A stretch of DNA of 64,000 bases from Octopus sinensis. Taxonomy: Eukaryota. Below, in pieces: positions 40,933 to 53,354 of this stretch. The stretch is taken from contig NC_042999.1 of NCBI RefSeq assembly GCF_006345805.1, positions 57,040,001 to 57,104,000 on the forward strand. The letters run 5' to 3'. Within the stretch, counting starts at the first letter, position 1. Each line of letters starts with the position of its first letter. The translations under genes were made by a program, and so were the position numbers. Below the pieces are notes generated by a model. The model was not told the DNA's origin, ran no database searches, and was given only the letters and a program-made list of their open reading frames with translations.

Positions 40933-41460
40933 CTGTTAACGGAAGCAAAGGAAATATAATTTCTTTGATCAGTTATAGCAGTAAATTTAGTTTACATAAA
41001 AGTAAAAAAAAAAAAAAAGGATTAGATACTAATAAAGATAGCAACCTTGGAAAATATAGCAGGATTAGAAATAAAAGAACAGTTCTGTTAGGAGAATATC
41101 TCATCAGGTTTAATTAATAAATTCTATCTTCACAATCAAGTACCAGCAAAAAACATAAAAAAATTAAACAGATATTAGATGTTTTCAAGAAGTATTTATA
41201 TATTTTAACTTCTCAGAACTCTATGAAAACAAAATTCACAATTTGGTTATCTTTAAAGTATGAGAAGTGTGCTATCATTACTGTTTTTATTAGAAATTTT
41301 TAATATTTCATATTCATTACACATCAAATGTCTCTAATTTAAGAAATTATCTGGAATAAAATTAATTCCTTCCCTATCTTAAAAACTAGGAAATTCTGAA
41401 CAAGGTTTGATGCAATTTGACACATAAAAATTAAATATGCAAGTTTAACTAAATTTACCA

Positions 41461-41812
41461 TAGGTGCAGATATGGCTGTGTAGTAAGAAGTTTGCTTCCC
41501 AACCACATGGTTCTGGGTTCAGTCCCACTGCATGGGACCTTGGGCAAATGTTTTCATACTTTCACCTTAAGCCAACCATTATGTGTGTATCTTTGTGCCT
41601 GTGTTTGTCTGCACTACTGTGTTGGTGTATTTATGTCCCGGTAACTTAGCAGTTTGGTAAAAGACACCAAGAGTACTGGACTTTAAAAAGAAGTACAGGG
41701 TTTAATTAGTTAGACTAAAAATACTGGGGTCAATTCATTTGACTAAAAATCCTTCAAAGTGGTGCCCCAGCATGGCCACAGTCTCATGACTGAAACAAAT
41801 AAAAGATAATCT
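41461..41812 (+). mobile_element. SINE family A, degenerate
   Basis: Head and tail motifs. Confidence 0.75.
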
Positions 41813-42782
41813 GATATGTCACTGTTTTGTTTTAAGCCCCAGGTTGGGTTTTGGTTGAACAAATCTATTATCAGGGGCATTCCAGCCATGACCATTCTTT
41901 CTCTCATGGTTGTCAAGGACAATATTATTTTATGATTATTAAGGACAATATTATCAGGGCAATATCATCTGACATATTTTGTCTTGTTTAAAAAGGTATT
42001 GAGAAGGGGTTGATTCAAGGAAGATTTTGCTGCTGTTTCTAGTGGAGCTTTGTCAAAATTCTTCTTGGGCCTAAGCCTTATATGAGATTAAACTGATTGT
42101 CTATCTTTATCTATTTCATCCTTATGTCAACATATCTTAGCATGTGCTTCACTTAACTCATCTCCTGATGTTCTAGAACCCTCATCACCACCACCGCTTT
42201 TGTTTTTTTTACATTACCAACTCCTAATCAATTTTTCACAGTTTCTCTGCATTTTTCTAGCCCATCCCAAGCCCACTTCCACTCATTAGAATATTATTTA
42301 TATAATTATGAAGCAATAAAATTCTTCCCTCTAGCTATATAATGTTCCTTGGAAAATGTTACTGATATTAAACATATGTCCAAATTTTCATCTGCAACCT
42401 TGTTACACTTTATAACCACACGCTACAGTCTTCTCCTCTGCCACATAACCATAAAAATAATATTTCAAAGATTTTTTTTTTCCTTCTCATAAATATTAAT
42501 TTCAATTGTATAGTTTTTACAAAATTTATATTTTCCAAGGAATCACCCAGTCAAAACGTTTCTATTTTCATGTGATTGTCTTCTGATCAGCTGTAAAATG
42601 AGGTATATTTTGAGGGAGAATGATGTTGTAGTGAAGGTATAAACTAAGACAATAGGTAGGGTGGAGGTATCGGGTTTTAAACTGTCAAATAGTAACCCTA
42701 CTCCCTACAAAGTATCACTGAAATATATTTTGCCCCACCTCTTCTTTATTAATGAGAAGACAAAATAGGTGCAGACATAACA

Positions 42783-42816
<34 letters not shown>

Positions 42817-42974
42817 AAGAAGTTTGCTTTGCGACTACATGGTTTTCAGTTCAGTCCCACTCTGCAACATCTTGGGCTGACCAAAGTCTTGTGAGTGAAT
42901 TTGGTAGATGATAACTGTGTAAATGCACCAACATCAGTTGTCACGTGATGGTGGGGGGATAAACACACACACAT

Positions 42975-43007
<33 letters not shown>

Positions 43008-43261
43008 CACGGGTGTGTGTGATTATGTATAGAAGAATGTATTAATGAAAGCAATTCCAACCTTGTCTGATTTTCACGTTTTATTTACAATCTTATAATG
43101 ATATAAGATAATATAATATAATAAAATAAAATAAAATAATAGAATGTCAAATGTTCATTCTGATTGAACTAGTACTTTCATGCATTAAATTCTGCAATCT
43201 TCAGGTTCATGTAGTAGTGGTGACAGTCATGCTTCACAATTTTTGACTGTATATATATATA

Positions 43262-43719
43262 CGAGCAAAATGCCACCCCTCCGTCCAATGGACAGTGCTG
43301 AGTTGTCAAACATTTAAACCAAATTTTCTCAAAACAACTTGTCCGACCATCCCATAGGCCTCCCTTTTGAGAAACACTGATTTAGCCTAAATTTGAGACA
43401 CCAGCAAAAAGAGAAATAAACATAGACTTTTTTCTATTCCAAAGAAAAACGATTTTATTCACACAAATAGGCAACCAAAGAGTTTAAAAGACCAGTAAGT
43501 ACATCGCAACAGCTGATGTACTTGCACGTACAAATGCACGTTCCCACGGCTTTATCAATCGCATTCCCACCTGGAATCGATTTTTGTAATTTTTTCAAGA
43601 CTTAGACTCGCTCTGACACCATCAGTATCTACATATCAAATTTGAGTGCAATCGGATAGAGGATGTCCGAAATCCTAGAAGACGCACACAGACAGACAGA
43701 ATGGATTTTATATAATAGA
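43262..43719 (-). mobile_element. Non-autonomous Helitron (458 bp)
   Basis: A|TCTATTATATAAAATCC..TCTGTCTGTCTG..CCGATTGCACTCAAATTTG start; hairpin CTGTCCATTGGACGG; ends CTCG|T. Confidence 0.78.
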
Positions 43720-43736
43720 TGTATGTATGTATGTAA

Positions 43737-43773
<37 letters not shown>

Positions 43774-43947
43774 GTGTGTGTGTGTGTTTAAGAAGTTTGC
43801 TTTGCGACTACATGGTTTTCAGTTCAGTCCCACTCTGCAACATCTTGGGCTGACCAAAGTCTTGTGAGTGAATTTGGTAGATGATAACTGTGTAAATGCA
43901 CCAACATCAGTTGTCACGTGATGGTGGGGGGATAAACACACACACAT

Positions 43948-43982
<35 letters not shown>

Positions 43983-44236
43983 CACGGGTGTGTGTGATTA
44001 TGTATAGAAGAATGTATTAATGAAAGCAATTCCAACCTTGTCTGATTTTCACGTTTTATTTACAATCTTATAATGATATAAGATAATATAATATAATAAA
44101 ATAAAATAAAATAATAGAATGTCAAATGTTCATTCTGATTGAACTAGTACTTTCATGCATTAAATTCTGCAATCTTCAGGTTCATGTAGTAGTGGTGACA
44201 GTCATGCTTCACAATTTTTGACTGTATATATATATA

Positions 44237-44694
44237 CGAGCAAAATGCCACCCCTCCGTCCAATGGACAGTGCTGAGTTGTCAAACATTTAAACCAAATT
44301 TTCTCAAAACAACTTGTCCGACCATCCCATAGGCCTCCCTTTTGAGAAACACTGATTTAGCCTAAATTTGAGACACCAGCAAAAAGAGAAATAAACATAG
44401 ACTTTTTTCTATTCCAAAGAAAAACGATTTTATTCACACAAATAGGCAACCAAAGAGTTTAAAAGACCAGTAAGTACATCGCAACAGCTGATGTACTTGC
44501 ACGTACAAATGCACGTTCCCACGGCTTTATCAATCGCATTCCCACCTGGAATCGATTTTTGTAATTTTTTCAAGACTTAGACTCGCTCTGACACCATCAG
44601 TATCTACATATCAAATTTGAGTGCAATCGGATAGAGGATGTCCGAAATCCTAGAAGACGCACACAGACAGACAGAATGGATTTTATATAATAGA
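44237..44694 (-). mobile_element. Non-autonomous Helitron (458 bp), co-duplicated copy
   Basis: Same sequence and same flanks as 43262-43719. Confidence 0.78.
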
Positions 44695-44711
44695 TGTATG
44701 TATGTATGTAA

Positions 44712-44779
<68 letters not shown>

Positions 44780-45529
44780 TGTTTGTATTTGCTCCCTCCA
44801 CCTCTTTACAACCGGTGTTGGCTTACTTATGTACCCATGACTTAGTGGTTCAGAAAAACACTGATAGAATAAGTAACAGACTTTAAAAAACGTAGGTACT
44901 GATGTTGATCTATTTGTTTAAAAATCCTTCAAGGCAGTGCCCCAATAAGGCACAGGCCGGTGACTGAAATAAGTCAAACAAAAAAAAAAAAAGGGAATTG
45001 TAAATAAAAACTGCATCCCCTGATTTCTTACAATTATGGCTATAAAATGAAAAACCATCTTCACTTGATATTAAACATGGCTATTTATCTGCCCCTTTTT
45101 AAATCTGCCCAGAACTTCTCCCCTGTAATGTAAACTACTGAACAAATGTCAGTTTGAAGCATGGAAATATCCAGACACAACAATGGTTATTCACTATTTA
45201 TTAACTCAAAATGCTAGAAATAGCATTCAAACCTCCCTCAGATCACACCTTTCTGTATTAAAAAAGGAAGGGCATATTGGATATAAAATGACACAATGGT
45301 CTCAGCTGAAATACCTTAACTCATAAGCTTGCTGCGTCAGAGCTTACCAAGGATTAAGCAACAACAATAATAAACTACACTATATTATTTCCATACAGAA
45401 TCACACACACTAAAATTATCTCAAAAGCTTCAATATTTGTCTATATCATATAATATTTTTAGCAAAACACAGCTGTAGCACTCATCCACTAAAACCATAA
45501 CTATATTAGTGTAGATTAAATAACACTAC

Positions 45530-46010
45530 TAGGCAGCAACACATGGTCTCTAACATAGTTCTACCAACAGTTCTCTATGCCAATGAGATATGGAATAGCT
45601 CTGAGGAAAATCGACAGAAAGCTAGACATGTTCCACCAAATATGTTTCAGAAGGATTCTGAGATTACATAAACAAAGACCTCCATTCTGGCAAGATTATA
45701 TAAACAAAGACATCCATCCATTCTAAAGACAGCTGACATAAGATCACTCAGTGAAATCATCACAAAATGCAGATTAAAACTAGTAGGTCACATACTTTGG
45801 TTACTAGAACAATGCAATTTTAAAACAGCTTTCAAATGGACATCACTGAAGGGAAAAAGAAGGACATTGAAAACTATATGGTGCAGAACATTCACAACCA
45901 GCATGAGAGAGGCCAATATCACATGGCTGAATGCAGAGAAAACCACAGCCAGCCAGTGGCATCAACTTGTTGCCCACTGTGCTTGATAGTATTTGAAGAA
46001 CTGATGCACA
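45530..46010 (+). pseudogene. Decayed RTE-like LINE C-terminal fragment
   Basis: Broken frames read IVLPTVLYANEIW, RKLDMFHQICFRRILR, RLKLVGHIL. Confidence 0.6.
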
Positions 46011-46213
46011 AACTTGCACCACCACAACTATAAATGTAATCAGCCAAAGACATGAACTGAAGTAGTCAAAGCTGATTCTCAGGATGATGAATCACATCAA
46101 ATAAATGACAAAAAGACTACAGCAAGTAATGTGATACTGAGCTAGAAAAAAAACCTGTCTTAGCATGGAAAAACAGATCCATAATGATGATGATGATTAC
46201 AATGGTACATATA

Positions 46214-46650
46214 TAGGTGCAGGAGTGGGTGTGTGGTAAGTAGCTTGATTACCAACCACATGGCTCCAGGTTCATTTCCACTTTGTGGCACCTTGGGCAA
46301 GTGTCTTCCACTCTAGCCTTGGGCCGACCAAAGCCTTGTGAGTGGATTTGGTAGACGCAAACTGAAAGAAGCCCGTCATATATATATATATATATAAATA
46401 TATATATGTGTGTGTGTGTATGTATGTGTGTGTTTATGTGTTTGTGTTTGACTCCCAACATCACTTGACAACCGATGCTGGTGTGTTTACGTCCCCGTAA
46501 CTTAGCAGTTCAGCAAAAGAGAGCGATAGAGTAAGTACTAGGCTTACAAAGAATAAGTCCTGGGGGTCAATTTGCTCGACTAAAGGCGGTGCTCCAGCAT
46601 GGCCACAGTCAAGTGACTGAAACAAGTAAAAGAGTAAAGAGTAAAAGAGT
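46214..46650 (+). mobile_element. SINE family A, full length
   Basis: Consensus head and tail with AAAAGAGT repeats. Confidence 0.88.
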
Positions 46651-47509
46651 AAATATCCTAGATGTAAATCGATAGAAATTGCAAGACTTCACCTTATCAA
46701 TGATGATTACTTTCTAATGTGTGGGACAGACATTTATCTGTGTTTAAAAATTGCGTATTTGTTAGAATGCTTTAGCTAGCTGTGCCATGCTGCATTCCTG
46801 GTAATAGTGTAGATGTTTTATTAAATAAAATACCATCAGATTCTAGCAAAAAATTCCAGCAGTGCTATCTGCTTGCTATAAGATAAGCAGTGTACTTAAA
46901 AGGTTAAACATTCTGCTATTGCTCTCAACCCTGATGTGTTATCCCTCATAGGATACTGACACTCATAAATGGAAATATTTAATGAATCAAACGACTGACA
47001 GCTGTTAAATAGAGAGGTAGCACACAGTATGTGTGTGCGTGAGTGTGTGGTGGTTGAGTTTATTAATGGATTAGACATCTGACTTGAAAGGTCAGGAGTT
47101 CAAATCTTACCAACATATATGATGCCTCCTTCAGGGCTGAGAAAAGAGGGTCACAGCTGGTTGTTAAGTTGGTTGGTTACCGGCCAAGAGGCTAACCAAA
47201 GGGTTAATAGTTTGTATTTAACTTAACCCTGGAAAAGATACTGAACTCTCAATTGTTCATTTGGACTAACTTGAAATAATCTGTGGAGCAACAAATACAG
47301 TTTGCGTAGAGTTATGATAACATCATTGACCAAGCCAATCAGGTAATTTTTAAGCAGTTGCTCAACCTGCTACAAATAGCAGCCAAATCCACATCAACTT
47401 CAAACTCTACCACACCATTTCAGATAAGGAAAGGTGCATTAGATACATTACGTTTGAAGAAAGATCAGATAGTCAATGTAGAAGCACTCTGAATTCTAAG
47501 TCTACTTAA

Positions 47510-47814
47510 CCCCTTACCCAACAATATTTTGAAAATAAATGTATTTTTTCAGACATATTTTTTAATTGTTTTATTTTACTGTTTTGAATGGTGATTTCAA
47601 GGTATATTTCAAACCTTATTTATTATGAATTTTAATTCAATAATATTGATTTTAAATTACAGCATTGGGCAGAAACGAGTTAACCCGTTTTCAGACGAAG
47701 GAACTCGTTTGCTGTCGATTCTGGCGAGTCTATCTTTTGACGAGTTAACTCGCCAGAGTTGGAAAAAAACGATTTCGGTCAAAACGCATATATTCGTTTC
47801 TGCCGGGTAAGGGG
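47510..47814. mobile_element. piggyBac-type MITE (305 bp)
   Basis: TTAA|CCCCTTACCC ... GGGTAAGGGG|TTAA. Confidence 0.85.
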
Positions 47815-48214
47815 TTAATGAGAGCTGACTTGAGTCAAACAACAGCATAATTCTAATTGTAAACCTCATTTAACATGCTGTTAGTGGTGTAGTGAGATGA
47901 GTGGTTACCAAACGAAGTCTTTGACCTGGTTTTAGTTAAAAATCAGAAGTGTTTCACTCTTCTTCCATTCTTTGGAGAGAAATTAACATCGTAGCTTCCA
48001 ACATCTTCCTAAAATTTTCTGTTTTCATCTGTTGCTAAAACTAAGAAATTCACAAATAATTCCTCTAATAATGTCATATGAAGGACAAAGATTAACTGAT
48101 TGGGGTCAAGGGTTACTCAGACAAGAAGTAAATACTCAACACCTTTATATGAGAACAAGTGATGCAACAGAGAAATTTATCTGGTTTTTTTCTTTGTTTT
48201 AATGTTTTAATCAG

Positions 48215-48345
48215 AAGAGAGAAATTAGTTTCTATGACCCTTTCAGAGCCTCTGAGATTGATAACAGGAAGAAAGGATCTTATCCTCATTCCTAGCCCAA
48301 ACGCTCGCAACAGAATTGACTCTACTGAAGATGCCAAAGAATTGG
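48215..48345 (+). other. Candidate 131-nt exon
   Basis: Pyrimidine-rich ..TTTTAATCAG acceptor and GG|GTGAGG donor. One open frame (REKLVSMTLSEPLRLITGRKDLILIPSPNARNRIDSTEDAKEL), not a protein I recognise. Confidence 0.2.
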
Positions 48346-48699
48346 GTGAGGATTAAATTTACCTCCAAAGAACAGGAGAGCTCCTACTAATGAGATTCCT
48401 CACAGTTTCTGACATTCACATTTGTTTTAGTACTTAGTTTGTCAACTTCAAAGTCACCAACAATTCAGCTTTTAAAGCCTTTAGATGGTTGCTTGACCTA
48501 CTAAAGAATGCAGTCAAACTGCTTTCAAAAGCATCTTATTGGCTTAGATATTTCATGCTTTTACATCTGCTTTTCTATGTTAGCATGGGTTTGATGAATG
48601 CATAATATAGGCATTATTTTTATATCCAGGCGTCTTTTCTATTGCTGACTTTTTACCTACTTTTCAAGTAAAAGATCGCTTGTTTCTATACATCTTTAA

Positions 48700-48926
48700 C
48701 CCTTTAGCTTTTAAATCAGCCATAACCAGCTCAAATATCTTACCTGTTTCATGTTCAAATTGGCCAGATCTGGGGTTTTTTTTACACCACCTATGCAACA
48801 AAATCAACTTAAAAATATACAATCACATCATTGAAATCTCAAAGCTATGAGACAATACATTATTAATTCAAAACAATTTGAATACATTAACATTACATTT
48901 GACAGAGTAATCTGAATGCTAAAAGG
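48700..48926. mobile_element. piggyBac-type MITE (227 bp), degenerate
   Basis: TTAA|CCCTTTAGC ... GCTAAAAGG|TTAA; internally homologous (inverted) to 53957-54176. Confidence 0.8.
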
Positions 48927-49615
48927 TTAAAGGGGAAAGGTCAGCAAGTATTTTGCTGACACAATTGCAACTCACAGATCAGGGATTTTTGAAGAATATG
49001 CAGGAACACATATACATAAATATGACAGGTTTCTTCCAGATATACTATGTCTGAAAAATTTGATCTACTGTTGTTTAACCTCCAACTGCATCAAACCAAA
49101 GAGTAGTAGTTTTCTTCTTCCATTTTGACCAAATCTCAGAATCCCTACTATAATATCATGGATATTGCCCCTTCTTCCTCTAGCTTTGTCATAAAAAATG
49201 TAGAGATAGTAGCTCTTATAATATCCATTATTCCATCCATTTTCGCCATCCACTGTTACTGGAAGGATCATGAGAGTAGGGTCCTCAGGCACTTCTCCTA
49301 TTGGGTTCTATTAGAAACAACCGTTGTAACACTTCCCAGTTGGAATCCTAGGTGTGACAAATTCAGACCTCTCAATGCAGAGGAATTGCAGCTCAACTTG
49401 GAGAGACTCCTAGTTAAAATATATTGGTTTATATACTTTTAAGATAGAAATAATCTTGAGTGGCTGTGTGGTAAGTAGCTTGCTTATGAACTACATGGTT
49501 CTGGGTTCAGTCCCACTGCATGGCACATTGGGCAAGTGTCTTCTACTATAGCCTTGGGCCAACCAAAGCCTTTTGAGTGGATTTGGAAGATGGAAATTTA
49601 AAGAAGCCCGTTGTA

Positions 49616-49701
<86 letters not shown>

Positions 49702-49797
49702 GTATATGTTTGTATTTGACCCCCCAACATTGCTTGACAACCGATGTTGGTGTGTTTACGTCCCCATAACTTAGTGACTCAGCAAAAGAGACCTATA

Positions 49798-52427
49798 ATT
49801 TTTTGGTAATTCCTTGTGCCAATTTGAACGAATCACAAGAAGTTTTTTTCTGTGACGTACGTATGACCATGTCAACACTCCTGCTTGGCGTTGTTTATCG
49901 TCCCCCAAATTACCATCAGGACACACAGCTTTGCAACATCCTCCGAGCTGCAGCCAGGAAAACAGCCACTTATGTGTTTATTGCAGGCGATTTCAATCAT
50001 CCTGAGATCGATTGGGAAACCTTCCGTTGGCCACAGAGTGCAAACGATTTTGTTGAGCTTGTGCTGGACTCAAACTGGTCACAAGTAGTCACCTCTCCAA
50101 CAAGAGGCGACAACACCTTGGACCTGCTCTTCACCACAACTCCTGAAGCGGTTATCAATTGCACTACGGAGGAACCTCTAGGTGACTCTGATCATGCTAT
50201 GATCATCACCAATCTGGCTCTTGCGGGCAACAAACACCTGAACCATCTCCAATCTGCTTCCTTCGATTGGAAGAGAGCAGATTGGAACCTGTACCACACT
50301 GAACTACAGCACCCAAACTGGCGTGAATTCTACAACTCTGGAGATGTGAATACTATACTCCAGAGTATCCTGGACTCAATATGGGCAGCATGTGCAGCAT
50401 CAGTGCCACGTAAACAAAAAAGAAGAACCGCCCCAAAAGGGCAATTTGGAAAACTTCAGCGGTCCGACTTGCCAGGAAGGAACGTCGGACTGCTGAACAG
50501 GAATACAAGTTGCATAAATCAGACACCAACAGGAAGAAGCGGAATAAATCCTCCAACCATCTCAAGCAAGTGACAAAAAATGCAGTGCTTGAATTTGAAC
50601 AGTGCATAGCAGCCAATCCTGACAGCAAGGTTTTCTGGAAATATGTGCATTCAAAGCAGAGACCTCACTCTCCAGTGGGCCCTCTTCGCAACCCTCACAC
50701 AAACCAGATCACTGACGACCCCAAGGAATGCGCAGAACTCATTGCCGAGTGCTATGCAAACATATTCACTGTCGAAAGTCAAAATGTACCATCTTCACCA
50801 TCACTAACAGCAAACTCCATAACAACTATGGAATTTACACCTGCAATGCTGTGACGTCACCTTCAAAATAAGCGCAACTATGCCTCCCCTGGTCTCGATG
50901 GAGTTACATACCTGCTTCTCAAACGTGGCAGGCACTTCCTTTTACACCAGCTTTCTATTTTCTTCCAGTACTGTCTCAACAATGGTGCTACTCCGGAGCA
51001 GTGGAAAACTGCCAGTGTCATTCCTCTGTTCAAAAAGGGTGACCGCACATCACCTGTCAACTATCGCCCAGTCAGTCTCACTAGCTGTATTGCAAAACTG
51101 ATGGAATCGTGTGTCAGAGAAACACTCTGGAACTTCTGGAGCTCTCACAGTCTCATCCGACCCTCACAATATGGATTTGTCCCTAACTCCAGCTGCAGTG
51201 ACCAGCTTGTCGAGTTCCTTGGGGACATTACTCAGATCACTGACAGTGGCTCATGGGTGGATGTTGTCTACCTTGACTTTGCTAAGGCTTTCAACTCTGT
51301 GCCACACAAAAGGCTTATGGTGAAACTCTCTGCAATGGGTGTGGGGGATGACCTTTTTAACTGGTTGAAATCCTTCATCCTCAGCCGAAAGGAGGTAGTC
51401 ACAGTTCTAGGACAGCACTCTACACCATATGAGATGTCATCGGGTGTACCACAGGGATCTGTCCTTGGTCCCCTCCTGTTTGTGGCATACATTAATGACA
51501 TAGATGCCAATTTAAAGAATGCCACAGTATTGAAATATGCAGACGACATCAAGCTGTACCTTGAAATCAAGAGGACTGATCCTGATGTCTACAACTCTTT
51601 CCTGCAATCAGACCTAGACACAATGCAGCAATGGATCACAGACTGGCAACTGAAACTGGCTGTGGACAAGTGTACCACCATGCATTTTGGGAGAAAAAAC
51701 CCTGCGTCCACATACTCCCTCCACAACACTGATATCAAGAAATCCTCTTGCGAGCGTGACCTAGGCATCACTGTCAGCAGTGATTTGCGTTGGACAAAGC
51801 ATATCTCTAAAATTGTCAAGAAGGCCGAGGGTGTCTTGGCATCACTCAGCAAGACTTTTGTTAGCCGCTCTCCAGCCATCTATTTAAAACTGTATACAGC
51901 TATGGTACGACCACACTTGGAATTCGCATCATCAGTTTGGAATCCCTATCTTGCTCAGAACATTGACCTCCTGGAATCTGTCCAGAGACGTGCAACCAAA
52001 CGCATACCCTCCATCAGACACCTACCATATTCTGAGCGCCTTGTTTCCCTGGGCATGGATTCACTGAAGCTCCGGCGTCTAGCGACAGACTTGGTAAACA
52101 CCCACAAGGTTATCAACCACCTCACCAACAACAACACTGAACACCTTTTTGATCTCCATGTGTCTAACACATGTGGACATGCCTACAAAGTCAGAAAACA
52201 GCACAGCTCCCATGACTTTCGGAAACATTTTTTCACGCTCAGGGTTGCTGAAGCGTGGAATAAACTGCCTGCATCAGTTGTTGACTGCCGTGACACTGCA
52301 TCCTTTAAGGCCCTCATGCTTCCCGAAATCCGTCGAAACTACACCTGATTATATATACACTTTAGATGAGTTGTAGTGCACCTGAGCACTGTACACAATT
52401 ATTATTATTATTATTATTATTATTATA
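49798..52427 (+). mobile_element. Young 5'-truncated CR1-clade LINE, copy 2
   Basis: (TTA)n tail; TATA at both junctions; extends further 5' than copy 1. Confidence 0.95.
49803..52348 (+). pseudogene. CR1 ORF2 (APE plus RT) with one frameshift and one stop
   Basis: LGVVYRPP, GDFNHPEIDW and all RT motifs; A6 instead of A7 at 50416-21; CGA>TGA at 50852-54. Confidence 0.93.
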
Positions 52428-53354
52428 GAGTAAGTACTAGGCTTACAAAGAATAAGTCTTGGGGTTGATTTGCTCGACTAAAAGCGGTGCTCCAGCATGG
52501 CCACAGTCAAATGACTGAAACAAGTAAAAGAGTAAAAAAGAGAGAGGAAAGAGTAAAGTAATTTTTGTTGCCACAAAGTTAATGAAAGAATTTTTGTTTC
52601 ATTTATCCTTTTATTAAAAAATAAGAAAATTTGGGTGTGGATGTTAAAAAGTATAGGTACTTTTTGGAAAATCATTTAACGGTTCTGCAACAAAATAATT
52701 CTGCTAACCACAGGAATAAGATATCCTGTTAGAGATATCTTTCCAGAGTGCATTAGTGAAATAAAATAAAGAAAACTAGCAGCTTATCAAGAAACAAAAC
52801 AAATCTGTGACCTTATCTTGCCAAAAGACCTATCTTTACTGCATGGTGCTCATACTTTTGAAAAATGCTTTCTGATAAAGCTTAAAACCAACCCTCTGCT
52901 GGGAAAATAAACAAGAAAGAAAAATGGACACCCAAAATATTCATTTCATTACATTTGTTTACATGTTGAAAGGTTCTTTACAGAACCTGATGCAAATATT
53001 TAAGAAAATAAATATTTCTGGTAGAAACAAGTATCAAAGACAAGTTAGCATTGTTAATGAGAAGGAAATTAATAAATTCTTTATTCTGTTACTGGTTGCA
53101 GTCATTGGACTGCAGCCATGCTGAGGCACTACCACCAAGGTTTTTCATTAGTCTTATCAACTTCAGTTCTTATTTTTGTTTATTATTGGGTCATCCGATA
53201 AATAATGCTGTTGTTTCAATTGCATGAACTAAAAGTCAGAGGGGGATGGGATAAACTACCTGCATCAACTTATAATAAAAGCAGGTAGTAATTTTACCTT
53301 GTACTTATTCTTAGTACAAGTTTTGAAGAGTGCAGTTCAATTTTAACAGTTATA

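Larger units (their letters stand above)
42785..44770 (+). repeat. Tandem duplication, period ~973-975 bp, bounded by (GT)n
   Basis: Units (~42815-43740 and ~43788-44715) appear identical by eye except for microsatellite length. Confidence 0.92.
49458..52540 (+). mobile_element. SINE family A split by CR1 copy 2 (halves 49458-49797 and 52428-52540)
   Basis: Halves rejoin as AAAAGAGACCTATA-GAGTAAGTACTAGG, matching the family consensus. Confidence 0.85.

Noticed and set aside
49030-49442. Coding-looking stretch with 105-aa (+) and 75-aa (-) ORFs and a minus-strand acceptor at 49410
   Set aside because: All frames after the acceptor close within 40 codons; no recognisable domain or convincing donor.
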